NCBI RefSeq assembly: GCF_006345805.1
Contig: NC_043008.1
Span: 5,828,001 to 5,892,000 of the forward strand
Length of the DNA stretch: 64,000 nucleotides
Source: Octopus sinensis
Lineage: Eukaryota
Reading direction: 5' to 3'
Part shown: in pieces, positions 36,641 to 49,315 of the stretch
Layout: each line of letters begins with the position of its first letter
How positions within the stretch are numbered: the first letter of the stretch is position 1
The notes under the pieces: model-generated
What the model was told of the DNA's origin: nothing
What the model saw: only the letters and a program-made list of their open reading frames with translations
The model's database searches: none
Translations under genes and position numbers: made by a program

Positions 36641-37523
36641 TATGAAATCAACTGCTGTGCTATGAAGTAATATGCAAATAAAAAAATAAAACAAACAAAC
36701 AATGGAATCATTAATGCAGCATCTCAGTAAATTGATAGCAAGAGAATGTAGGAATGTGAATAGTATGATTAAGTTAAACGAAGGAATGGTACGAGCCTCA
36801 AATGCCCCACCATTTCTTCCTTTGCACTTGATAACCTCACTAAGTTTGCACTCATTCACCTTCAAACTATTAATTAACATTTTTTTTCATTTCTGTCGCA
36901 TTTATCATTATATTTCCAAATCACATTTGAAATGTCAATCAAAATCTCCTGAAGCAATTAACCCTTGTTTCATTTATTTATTCATTAAGCAAAGTTGCCG
37001 TATAATGACTGGGGGCGGTTAACACACTGAACTTTAAATAACATTTCTTTAATTGAGTTCACCATGTTCCTAGTATTTAGGTAAACGTCGCAGTGACTCG
37101 AATAGAACACGTTACTAACCTACTGGTTAGAGACAGAGGTTAGTAAGCACCATGTTGTATTCTAGACATATTAACCCTCTCTAACCGACAGTTAAATGCT
37201 AGTTGTTTAACCCCAGGTCATCACTGGTGGAGCATTCATATGATCAAAGGCGTTGAAGTAGTTGTAAGCCTTTATTCGTAAATTGCTTGAGATTGGGTTA
37301 TTTGGGTTTTTAAATCCACAACGATGATAATGACTGCTATGTCTAGCTGTTCATGCGACTTGATACAAAGCACCGTTGTAAATTTCAGTAACACGTAATA
37401 ATTAACAAGGAATTCCTTAATTTGTAGTGTTACGTTCAAATCCTTTTAGGATCCGATGTAAAACATTTATGTTAAAAGATTCTCAACTGTTTCCGTAAAT
37501 AAACCTTAGTATAAACTCTGTAC

Positions 37524-37768
37524 GTAGAGGCGCGTGGCTTAGTGGTTAGGGTGTTGAACTCATGATCGTAAGGTTGTGGTTTCGATTCCTGGACCAGACG
37601 ATGCGTTGTGTTCTTGAGCAAAACACTTCATTTTCACGTTGCTCCAGTCCACTCAGCTGGCAAAAATGAGTAATCCTGCGATGGACCGGCGTCCCGTCCA
37701 GGTGGGGAATTTCTACGCCACTGAAACCGGGAAACTGGCCCTTATGAGCCTGGCATGGCTCGAGAAAC
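37524..37768 (+). mobile_element. SINE related to family C (different head and core, same 3' tail)
   Basis: tRNA head TGGCTTAGTGGTTAGGG...GGTTTCGATTCC. Tail GCGATGGACCGGCGTCCCGTCCAGGTGGGGAA...GGCTCGAGAA is shared with 28417. Confidence 0.88.
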
Positions 37769-38353
37769 ATTTATTATATTTATTATAAATTCTGTAATCC
37801 CTTTATAGTTTTATTGCAGTAAATTCCTGGAATAAAACAGTCTATTCTTTGTTAAACCTATCAGGTAACACCATCAGGATTACACAGTTGTTGTCTGGCA
37901 AAGAAATTCGCAAGATGCTATTTTCGATAAAATGTTCTGGTTCATCAGTGGTTGCCATAGTTACTGCTATTAGTCCTGAAAAAAAAAGCATTAATAGAAA
38001 ATGACGGGTATAATTTGATGAGATCGGGTACAGAGGACTGAAGATGGTGGCGGCGGCGGTGATGGTGGTGGTTACCCAATACCTGGCGATGACATACTCT
38101 GCCTGATTTCAGAAAACCTGAAAAAATATGTAAGTTTCCTGATATATTTATTATATTCTGATCTTAACCTACTTTCTGAAATTGAGTAACTAGATTTGAC
38201 AATCCTTCGAATTAAAGAATTAAATCCTTCGAATTAAACAAGGGTTAGTTGTGTTACCCTGTATAGGTTTGTGCCACAACGCATTGCCTGCAATAGTAGC
38301 TATCTAGAATACAGTGGAAGCACGGGTTTGTTTTAATGAAATTATAAGGAAAT

Positions 38354-38509
38354 ATCGACCCCAGTGTGTAACTGGTACTTAATTTATCGACCCCGAAAGG
38401 ATAAAAGGCGAAGTCGACCTCGGCGGAATTTGAACTCAGAATGTAACGGCAGACGAAATATCGCAAAGCATTTCGCCAGGCGTGCTAACGTTTCTGCCAG
38501 CTCCCCGTC
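38354..38509 (-). mobile_element. SINE family B head and core, tail missing
   Basis: Matches family B. Stops at ATCGACCCCAG. Confidence 0.88.
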
Positions 38510-39539
38510 TTAGAACGACTGAATTTCTGAACCTTTAAGGTTATCGTTTACCTCTAGAAATTAGATTTAGGGATTTAGATGTCTTCCTTTGGCCATTACT
38601 ACCATACTTATCGACATTGAGATTAAATTTATTATTCTTTGAAGAACGTTGTGGTTTCCTTACAAATTTCGTTTGGCTATTTCACTATTTGGTGTATTTA
38701 AAACGCCTTAGAATTTCTTTTGCTTCATCTCTTGCCAAATAATAATCTCTAGTCATTTATGTTTCCTTAATTTTTTACACACATACACATTCCTTTCTCT
38801 TATTTTTGTCAAAATTCTGAAGAATCAGAAAAAAAATGGACATATTTTGAGAGTTATTTACAGATTTTTAGAAATTTTTTGTGTTATTTCAACAGACAAC
38901 CCCCCCTCTCCATCAACAAACAATGGATTTCAATGTGTATGGTAGAGATAATGGTGTTTACATAGATGTTTTCCTTTTATGATTCTATTGATATTTTCGT
39001 CCATTTCAAATTTTCTTTTAAACTGTCAATTCAATAGGTATATATCTTTTCTATTTCGGAATTCTAGACTAATTGATAATGCCTCAGTATTGAGTGCTTC
39101 CAATATACCTTCCACAATAATTAAATTGCTTGCCACAAACTTATAAATATAAATATAAAATACTTTCGCAAACTAAACTAAATTAGATACAGTTTTCCCT
39201 ATAACCCTGCTTTTATCGTCTATAAATAAAAGTTAATTATCTGCTAATGACTCAAATTCTTAGAAAGCCAAAACTGTAACTATAAAAGCGGTACATCAAA
39301 TAAAAATAAAATAATTCGGTTTTAGACATATTGAAATGTGTCTTTTTTATGTTGAACCTCACAATGGTTATTTGCTTAGTTCTTCTTTATCGAGAAATTG
39401 AATGCAGTCAAACAGAAAGTTTAATTCTGTCTTGTAAATTGTTTGTTAAATGCTTTGTTTATGTTCAGCAAGTTAAAGAATTGAATTTCAATATCGACGG
39501 AGCGCTAAGCCTGGTTTCCAATAAGTAAAAAAAAAAATG

Positions 39540-39776
<237 letters not shown>

Positions 39777-39850
39777 AATCGTCTAAGAGACCATAAGGCA
39801 GGGAAAAGATGCACTCGTATAACTGTTAGTAGAATGGGTATATCACCCCG

Positions 39851-39954
39851 AAGTACCAGTTACGCACTGGGGTCGATATAATCGACTTAATCCGTTTGTC
39901 TGTCCTTGTTTGTCCCCTCTGTGTTTAGCCCCTCGTGGGCTGTAAAGAAATAAG
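39851..39954 (+). mobile_element. SINE family B 3' fragment, tail type 1
   Basis: Near-identical to 12620-12724. Confidence 0.9.
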
Positions 39955-40419
39955 ATTTACACACTCACTAGGTAAACTCACCAACGAAGTGATGTCCCCA
40001 TTACACAAGCACGCATACACACACTTACAGCAGAAGCCTGCACACACGTACCTGACACATATAAAGAACAGGTATATGCACACACACAGACACATGCACA
40101 CTCCAGCGAACTGATGCCGCAAGCTAACCAAACCTCTCTTCCTATAGAAAAAATGGCGCCCAACATTTTGTCTTGGCTCTCTTGCAGCTGTCAACGAACA
40201 TATACTTGTATACATACACGCCGGTAGCAGCAGTAGATGACCGAAAATTGGTGACTGAGATAACCATGTATGTGCGTTGACAGCAGTAATAGAGCGCTTT
40301 AGTTCTTATTTCTAGCAGTGTAGCTGTCCTAACACTCTCAATTGTATTTACTGACATTTATTGTTTTTCTTTTTGGTTAAACTGCTAACTCGCTGCCTCA
40401 TTTAATGATATATGTGTGT

Positions 40420-40542
40420 GCGTGTGTGTGTATATATATATATATATATGCATACATACATTCACACACACACACACATATACACGTATTTATAAATAAA
40501 CACATGTACATATTTACTTAAATGTATATACGTACATACATG

Positions 40543-40594
<52 letters not shown>

Positions 40595-40640
40595 AATAGA
40601 CATATGTACATATTTACTTATATGAATATACATACACACG

Positions 40641-40674
<34 letters not shown>

Positions 40675-40735
40675 CATACACACATACATATATATATATA
40701 CATAAATATATATATACATATTTACTCATATGTAT

Positions 40736-40768
<33 letters not shown>

Positions 40769-40889
40769 TACATACATACATACATACATACATTATGGCT
40801 GCCCCCTCGTTATCGAGTATGGCCATTGCACGAAGCTTAACTGTTACTGGTGCTGTGATCGAATGTGACATACATACACACACACACAC

Positions 40890-40930
<41 letters not shown>

Positions 40931-41057
40931 ACACACACACCACACACACACACACACACTCACACACACCACACACACACACACACACACACTCACACAC
41001 ACACACACACTCACACACACACACACACACACACCACACACACACTCACACACACAC

Positions 41058-41091
<34 letters not shown>

Positions 41092-41100
41092 ACACACACA

Positions 41101-41172
<72 letters not shown>

Positions 41173-41188
41173 ACACACACACACACAC
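40420..41188. repeat. Compound (TA)/(CA)/(TACA) arrays, including ~320 bp of (CA)n at 40868-41188
   Basis: Directly visible. Interrupted by a unique island at ~40793-40867. Confidence 0.95.
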
Positions 41189-41657
41189 TGGGTACGATGG
41201 GTAAATCGTCGCCATTTTATATTTTTTATTTCTCGCATGCGCATTGTTTGGTTTTGATTTTCTGCTGGAAAAGCTTTGATCTTAAGTTATTTTCATTATA
41301 TGGGAGATGGGGTTAAATCTATGCTATTTTAAAGGGCAGTAGATTGTATAGGGTCGAACAACCACAAGAAACACCAGGGTAAATTGCTCCATACCCTGAT
41401 CTTCAGTTCCACAGAATAGCATTTTGTTTTCTATATTGATGGAATCCATAAATGAAATAACTATCAAAATTTAATAAATACCAATCAAAGTTCAAACACA
41501 GAGTCTCCGTATTTCCCTCACATTTTTAATTTTTTGCTGCAATTAAAAACTACTTTTATCACAGACTCTCTTCGGTGAAATCTTTCCAACAGAGAGAATC
41601 TATAAAATATTAATGTTTGTTTTTAGGCTTAGTTATAATAAAAACTATTTCACATTA

Positions 41658-41846
41658 GCGGCGAGTTGGCAAAAATGTTAGCATGCCGGGCGAAATTCTT
41701 CGCGGCGTTTCGTCTGCCGCTATGTCCTGGGTTCAAATTCCGCCGAGGTCGACTTTACCTTTCATCCCTTTGGGGCCGATAAATTAAGTACCAGTTGCGT
41801 ACTGGGAGCGATCTAATCGATTTACACCTTCCCCCAAAATGTCGGG
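41658..41846 (+). mobile_element. SINE family B, tail truncated
   Basis: Family B head and core. Confidence 0.88.
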
Positions 41847-42410
41847 AATCTGATGGGTTACTCTATACTTTTGTACAAATTTGTTGTCCTTACACAAGAA
41901 TGTTGTTGAGAGTGACTCCGAAGTTCCGGCCAGCTAAACCATCGTCAGAGAATGTATAGTAGATCAATGTATGGTTATTGCTATTCAAAAATTTGTCCAT
42001 TTTGCTCGTTTCTACATAATTAACAGTAGCAAAAACTTTACAAATGTCTCTCTAAAACTGCTGAGAAAGGAATGAATCTGCTTTATTAACGGAAAAGCCT
42101 TTTTTAAAAATCAATAATTTTAATTAAAAGCATCACTTTTATCATGAAAATAAAAGATTAACTTCAAGCATCGTATTGTAATACAGTAACACTCCACATG
42201 GCATTGTACAACAAATCTGTGAAAATAAAGAAAATTGTAAATATCAGAAACTCGGAAAACAGAAGGGAAAACAAAAGGAATATATTTTATATCAAATTTT
42301 TAGTTCTTGCCGAGAGTATAAAAGCTGATGCCTTGAAATAGGCGTAATACAATTGGGCCATTTATATATTATTAACTATATACTATATATAGTGACTTTC
42401 ATAATTCCAC

Positions 42411-42497
42411 GTGTCAGTTCTGAAGATGTCTATCAATTGTAACGAGGTAAATGCAAATTTACTCCATTTTGATAAATAGAAACAGCTGTAAACATAT
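42411..42497 (+). ncRNA. Type I hammerhead ribozyme motif (canonical core, palindromic stem III)
   Basis: Stem I GTT/AAC (extendable GTGT/ATAT). CTGAAGA at 42420-42426. Stem II TGTCTATCAA/TTGATAAATA (9 of 10 pairs including one G.U). GAAA at 42479-42482. Stem III ACAGCTGT is a perfect palindrome. GTA cleavage triplet ends at 42490. Confidence 0.65.
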
Positions 42498-42736
42498 TCC
42501 CAATTTAATTAAATAATGACTTTAAAACACCAATGAGCCACTTCTCATTGTTAATTATTGCTCCATTTCTTATCGTCCCTATATATATTAAATCAAGGTC
42601 ATACCTTTAGATTACCTACTACCTTATACCTTATAACAAGGACCATACATACTGAGGTAATACACCAGGAGTGCCTACAGATACATCTATCCCTTAGATG
42701 GTTGCATAACCTCTAACTTATATCTTACACAACATA

Positions 42737-42832
<96 letters not shown>

Positions 42833-43690
42833 CGTGCGTGTGTGTGTGTGTATGTGTGTTTATAAATAAATGTATGTATGTATATATATAATGTATACTA
42901 TTAAAATTAAGAATCTGCAGTTCTGCTTCTGTCTGCCACGACTTTTGTAAAAGATATCCATTGTAGCACAAAGCATCTTTCTAGCAGCGAGTTCTCGAAC
43001 AATTGGCTTCGCGCTTTAAATCAGTTCTGATATATTCCTGGTCCTAGAACCCCGTGAAAAGAATTTTGTTCTTTATTTTAGCAGCACTGAGAAATAATTT
43101 ACTTTCAGTCTTCGAAGGCAGACATTAGAAATTAACGCTTCTTTGTTTCTGTACACGAAGACATACGTACAAAAATAAATCCCTCCGACTCCTATCCATA
43201 CGAGTGAATGCAAATCCTTAATTCATATGCTACAAATGATAATGATATCTGGGACTATAAAATTCTGCAAGACCTTCTTAAGATTGAAAGAGTGATGGTT
43301 AAACCAAGATACTTCCCTTCACAGCCTTGCTACCAAGGAGGTGGCCGGTCAAAATTTACTTTAAATTAAAAAGAGAGAAAGAGACGACATACATCCATGT
43401 AAACATACAAGCAGAAATGAATAGAAGCATGCTTGGATACATATAAAGCAAAACTAAGACACAAAGGCGCGCTGCATACATATTGAATACAGCCACAAAC
43501 GTCTAGAAACGAACGAAAGTAGCTGAACACATGCATCCAAGCAAAATACGTCTGCAAAACCACAAGTTTGATAAATCTTATGAAACCTATACATCAAATG
43601 GCGATCGCGTGCGCAAAAACGCGCAGATAAATACAAAACAGACACGCATTCATTTATACAAATAATAAATACACAAAACATACGTCAACT

Positions 43691-43737
<47 letters not shown>

Positions 43738-45085
43738 GATAGGTAACCAGCTCGCCCAAACAAACTACAATCTAATATAGGTGAAACAGACATACAAACG
43801 TACCTACAAATACAAGATGTTGATACAAACATACATAGAAATACAAGATCATAAACAAGTGATGTACATATCGAAGTAAGTAGACAGCCTTCCGTGAAGG
43901 AACACTAAGTCCTGTTTTAGCATGCGGTTGAGAAAAACAACAACAACAACATCAACAACAAACGAACAAGTAGAATATTTGGAGAGTAAATGAAAAGCCC
44001 AAACAGAGCAACGAAATATTCTTAGCTCATATGCAAACTATTGAAGCGAGTTGTGTGTTGATAAAAAAAGAGAAAATGCTATGATAACGCAAAACGAGTA
44101 TTGCTTTGATCACATCTTATTTACACAAATATAACTGGAAAATTAATTTTAGCTATCGAGAGTATATATCCCCGAATCATATTGTTTTTAGAAAAAAGAA
44201 AAAGAAAAAGAGAGAATGTTATACTTACTTTAAATATACGTATGGTAGATTCAGTCTTTCCCTTATTCAAAGATATTACGTTTCATAGTTTCGGTAGAAT
44301 CTTTTTTTTTTCTTTCGTCAATTATGGTTTTATCTTTCATTTTTCTCTCTCATTTTGCTTTAACTATTTTAAGTTGTGTATTTATTATACACATGTGTTA
44401 ACTCTTAAAATCTTTTGTTTCAACGTGTAAATGAATACACACACACATACGCACACACATACATACATACACACACACGTACATACATGCACATATACAT
44501 CATAGTTATATTATTTAACTCAAGTGTGTGTGTATGTGTGTGTGGGTGTGCTTAAAAACCATTCTGTTTGTAAAAACCACCAGTTAACAACCAGTGTAGA
44601 TGTTTATATCACACCAAGTTCAGATCAATAAAATACGTACTTGATTTAATAATATAACTATGATGTACGTGTGTATGTATGTAATGTGTGTATGTATGTG
44701 TGTGTGTGTGTGCGTGTATGTGTGAGTGTGTGTGTATTCTTTATCGATTTAAGTTTTTTTTCTCATTTGCAGAATTCAAATCGGTCGCTGAGTGGCATGG
44801 TTCTTTTGTTTAAACGAAGAGAACTGTTGAAATTTATGGACCTGTGGATTCATTAGTGTGTCTATAGGATTGTGTGTATGTGTGTGTGTGTGTGTATACA
44901 CTTGATGATGTAGTGTATGTGCGTATCCTTTTAACGTACACGCGTACAATGGTATGCATGTCTATTCCATAGGTACGTGGGCTTAGGCCAAGCACCTCAA
45001 ATGTAGAAACCCTGGAATGGTTTGAATGTTTTTGCTGAACCGATACTTTTCTGGAACAGAGCAACAAGTTGATTCTCGTCAACGT

Positions 45086-45246
45086 CTAGAGTTTCCCAGA
45101 AAAAGGTCGACACTCTTCTTCATCGCTATCCCTCAATAGAACACCGACGTAAATGTTTTGCCAAACCCATTGTCCAGCTGGTAGAGGACTGTGGGTGCCT
45201 GACACAATTTCAAAGGCCAGGTGTTCTGTTTCGGTTTTCGATTGAT
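45086..45246 (-). CDS. Weak candidate coding exon (DQSKTETEHLAFEIVSGTHSPLPAGQWVWQNIYVGVLLRDSDEEECRPFSGKL*)
   Basis: Pyrimidine-rich acceptor TTCCTTCGTCATTTCCATAGTTTTAG| (phase 1), followed by a non-repetitive, GC-balanced open frame. No family recognised. Confidence 0.2.
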
Positions 45247-45327
45247 CTAAAACTATGGAAATGACGAAGGAAATGATCTCTGAAAAGATGTGCTTGACAA
45301 AAAAATTATCAAACCTGCACATATGCT

Positions 45328-45375
<48 letters not shown>

Positions 45376-45513
45376 AGTGAGTGCGTCTATGAGTGTATTT
45401 ATGTGCGTATATGTGTGCATCTGTGTTTGACCATTTGCGTAAATCTATTTGATAATGCACATGTGTTTGTATGTGTATGCATGTATATTCTGTTAATGGA
45501 GGTATGTGTTCTT

Positions 45514-45657
<144 letters not shown>

Positions 45658-45885
45658 TCAAAATAAGCAACAAGGATATCCAGAGGTAATGCAGTACGAT
45701 TGTTTCATGCAACTCCATTTAATTGAACAATGCAATCATCACATCAATTTAAAATGCAGAGCAATCTTCAGCTGCACAAAGACATAGAATTTAATCAAAT
45801 TAGAACAGATGGATACATTAGTGTAATTATACCTAAAATCTCCAAGAAGTTAAGGAAATAGACAAAGAACATACTGTTCTTACTC

Positions 45886-46092
45886 CTGCGGACATGCTGG
45901 AGCATCGCCTTTTTAGTCGAACAAATCGACCCCAGAACTTATTCTTTGTAAGCATATTACTTATTCTATCAGTATCTTTTGCCGAACCGCTAAGTTACGT
46001 GGACGTAAACACAACAACGGTTGTCAAGCGATGGTGGGGGACAAACACAGACACATACACACATATATATATATATATACATACATACATAC

Positions 46093-46132
<40 letters not shown>

Positions 46133-46291
46133 GACGGGCTTCTTTCAGTTTCCGTCTACCAAATCCAATCACAAGGCCTTGGTCGGCGCGAAGTTATAGT
46201 AGGAGACACTTGCTCAAGGTGCGACGCAGTGGGAGTGAACCCAGAACCATGTGGGTGGGAAGCAAGCTACTTACCACACAGCCACTCCTGC
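45886..46291 (-). mobile_element. SINE family A, tail tip missing
   Basis: Family A head, core, microsatellite and most of the tail. Confidence 0.88.
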
Positions 46292-46463
46292 AAAATCCTT
46301 TGCATCTCTCTCTGTTCCCAAGGCATTCTCAAACGGCTCAACCAAATCAAATCAAATTTTTACATGGTAATACTCTGAGATTTCAGGAGTGTCAACATGT
46401 GATTTTTCTGGATTAATCTATACTGCATACAAAAATACAGACATACTATATAAGGTACGTTAT

Positions 46464-46506
<43 letters not shown>

Positions 46507-47256
46507 ACACACATCTACACATCCATACCCGACGACTGACATGCGTGAAGTGTCAATACGAAATTGTATTTTCATTTCCTTTAAAACAATACACATTTAC
46601 TGTTCCATTACCAGTTAATAATTATCGCAGCAGTTGCAAGGTTTGGAAGATAAAATATAAAATTCTTTGTCTCTCTGTACACGTGCTTCTATTTCGTTAA
46701 TTTAAACTTCATGCAAAAATACAGACATACTATATACGGTATGTCATACACACACACACACACACACACCACACACACACACACACACATGCACACACAC
46801 ACACACATCTACACATACATATACATCCCTGACGACTTGATTTTTTTTAATTAACCACAGAGGGTCGAAACACAGAGGGGACAGCACAAGGTCAGACAAA
46901 ACACAAAAGCGGGAAAAAAAATAAAATCGAGTGAAAAGAATAGTAATGATAAATGAAAAGGGGAAATGGCGTCTACTCGAACTCCGCACTCCAGTTAACG
47001 TCATTGAACGTTTTAGGAAAAAAATTTCAACAGGTGTTATTTTATTTTTGTCTCTTTCTCCTTGCTGTGTGCTGCTTGTGTTATATACTCAGTGGACGGC
47101 TGATATGAGCAGCAGTTACAAGGTAAAATATAAAATTCTTTGTCACTCTGTAATAATTATTGTAGCATTTCCCGTTAAATTAGCAGTTCCATACATGTAC
47201 TATTTCGTTCATTTGCTTATATTTCGTTAATTTACACTGCCTACAAAAATACAGAC

Positions 47257-47492
47257 ATACTTATTTCTTTATTACCCACAAGGGGCTAAACACAGAGGGG
47301 ACAAACAAGGACAGACAAACGAATTAAGTCGATTACATCGACCCCAGTGCGTAACTAGTACTTATTTAATCGACCCCGAAAGGACGAAAGGCAAAGTCGA
47401 CCTCGGCGGAATTTAAACTCAGAACGTCACCGCAGACGAAATGCCACTAAGCATTTTGCCCGGCGTGCTAACGTTTCTGTCAACTCACCGTC
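47257..47492 (-). mobile_element. SINE family B, tail type 1, with a 15-bp TSD, inside the Helitron
   Basis: TACAAAAATACAGAC at 47242-47256 and 47493-47507. Confidence 0.9.
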
Positions 47493-48062
47493 TACAAAAA
47501 TACAGACGTTCCATATACATACAACTGCTTACTAAAATAGAGGTTAATGTATATTTTTTCTATGTTTATAATATTTTGTTTACAATATTGGAAAAATATG
47601 CCACGAAAGAAAAGACGTAATCTCCCCAGAAACACGAAATAAAGTAAGGACGATGGCTGGAAATCGAAGGCGAGTGACTGAACAGAGAAAGGAGATAAGA
47701 CTTTCTCAAAATCAGCAGCACGTCAAATGGAATTTCAAGAGGGAAGCAAGATGAGATTTTTCCCAAGATCAGCTAAGGCATGCCGCAATACTTAATGCTG
47801 AGTCATTAGAACAACGTTTAGCACGCTAGATTAGACAGTGGTCCAATACAATAACGCTCAGAAATAGACCACATGCAAATACGTTCTTCACAACATCAGG
47901 TGCTGCTTTCAGATATGATCCATCTTATTCTTATAAAAATGATAATTCTGTACAAATTGGTGTGTTACACTCAAATCGTCGTTTCTGCAAAGCTTTCGAA
48001 TTTCCAAATAAAACTAATGGCATGTGCTGCAGCAGCTAAGATTGCCAGCACTACCAGCTCCG

Positions 48063-48345
48063 GATCTTTACCTTTTAACCGACAGATTTAAAAAATAATT
48101 TTTTGTAACTACACACTTTCAAACTTCGGACACTGGTAGAATGTGTCATATAAAACATCTATTACTCTTAGCATTTTTGAGGAACACTTATATTTACGAA
48201 GTTATTTCACGTTAAAGTTGTCCTATTTCGGTAATTTCACCCAATCAATGACGTGTATTCAGCTGAATAAAATTACTACTGTCCGAAGTTTGAAAGTGTT
48301 TTTTGAAAGTGATTTTTTAAATCTGTCGGTCAAAAGGTAAAGATC
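48063..48345. mobile_element. MITE with ~70-bp terminal inverted repeats inserted in the Helitron ORF
   Basis: GATCTTTACCTTTTAACCGACAGATTTAAAAAAT...CACTTTCAAACTTCGGACA on the left. The right end reverse-complements to GATCTTTACCTTTTGACCGACAGATTTAAAAAAT...CACTTTCAAACTTCGGACA. The Helitron peptide resumes after it. Confidence 0.85.
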
Positions 48346-48775
48346 TCCAACTCCTCTTCAACCTCTTTCAACAGTTCACTTCCTCGTTACCGTCTCCCAT
48401 TGCAGCCCATTTCTAAAATGTACCCATTTACGTACAATATCTCCATTATACCTCCATTTATTTGACTGTCAACCATACGATGGGTCGTGTTAGACGCAGC
48501 TCTGACCACCTCAGAGGCGAGTATGTCCACTGACAGCTTTTCGGTGGGTTCGAAAACTACATACCCCACTCCCAATTTTCCATGATAGTTGAGGGCATGG
48601 AACCCTCCGAACGGACGCATTACATGACGATTAGTCGAATTAGACCATCATTTACTCCACAAATGTTTTGCCGTCAATGTTGCACTTTCCCATATCACAT
48701 GTTCCAGCATAACTGTAATTTATATAAACAAACTATACCAATTTAATCCCGAGCAACGCCGGGTTTTCCTCTGTC

Positions 48776-49315
<540 letters not shown>

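Larger units (their letters stand above)
46292..48775 (+). mobile_element. Internally deleted Helitron with Rep N-terminal remnant
   Basis: AAACGGCTCAACC 5'-region motif. Broken ORF from ATG 47598: MPRKKRRNL...AESLEQRLAR...AAFRYDPSYSYKNDNSVQIG...RFCKAFEFPNKTNGMCC..KI-LPALPAP/PTPLQPL (Helitron AF.YD...C..C.A.KF..E..G.CC..GKV.LP). 3' hairpin CCCGAGCAACGCCGGG at 48748-48763. Confidence 0.75.

Noticed and set aside
36422-36880. 152-aa ORF as a host gene
   Set aside because: Its C-terminal half is a mariner transposase HTH remnant.
41368-41408. CTGAAGA followed by a perfect 7-bp stem on the minus strand
   Set aside because: No GAAA after the stem and no stem I or III, so not a hammerhead.
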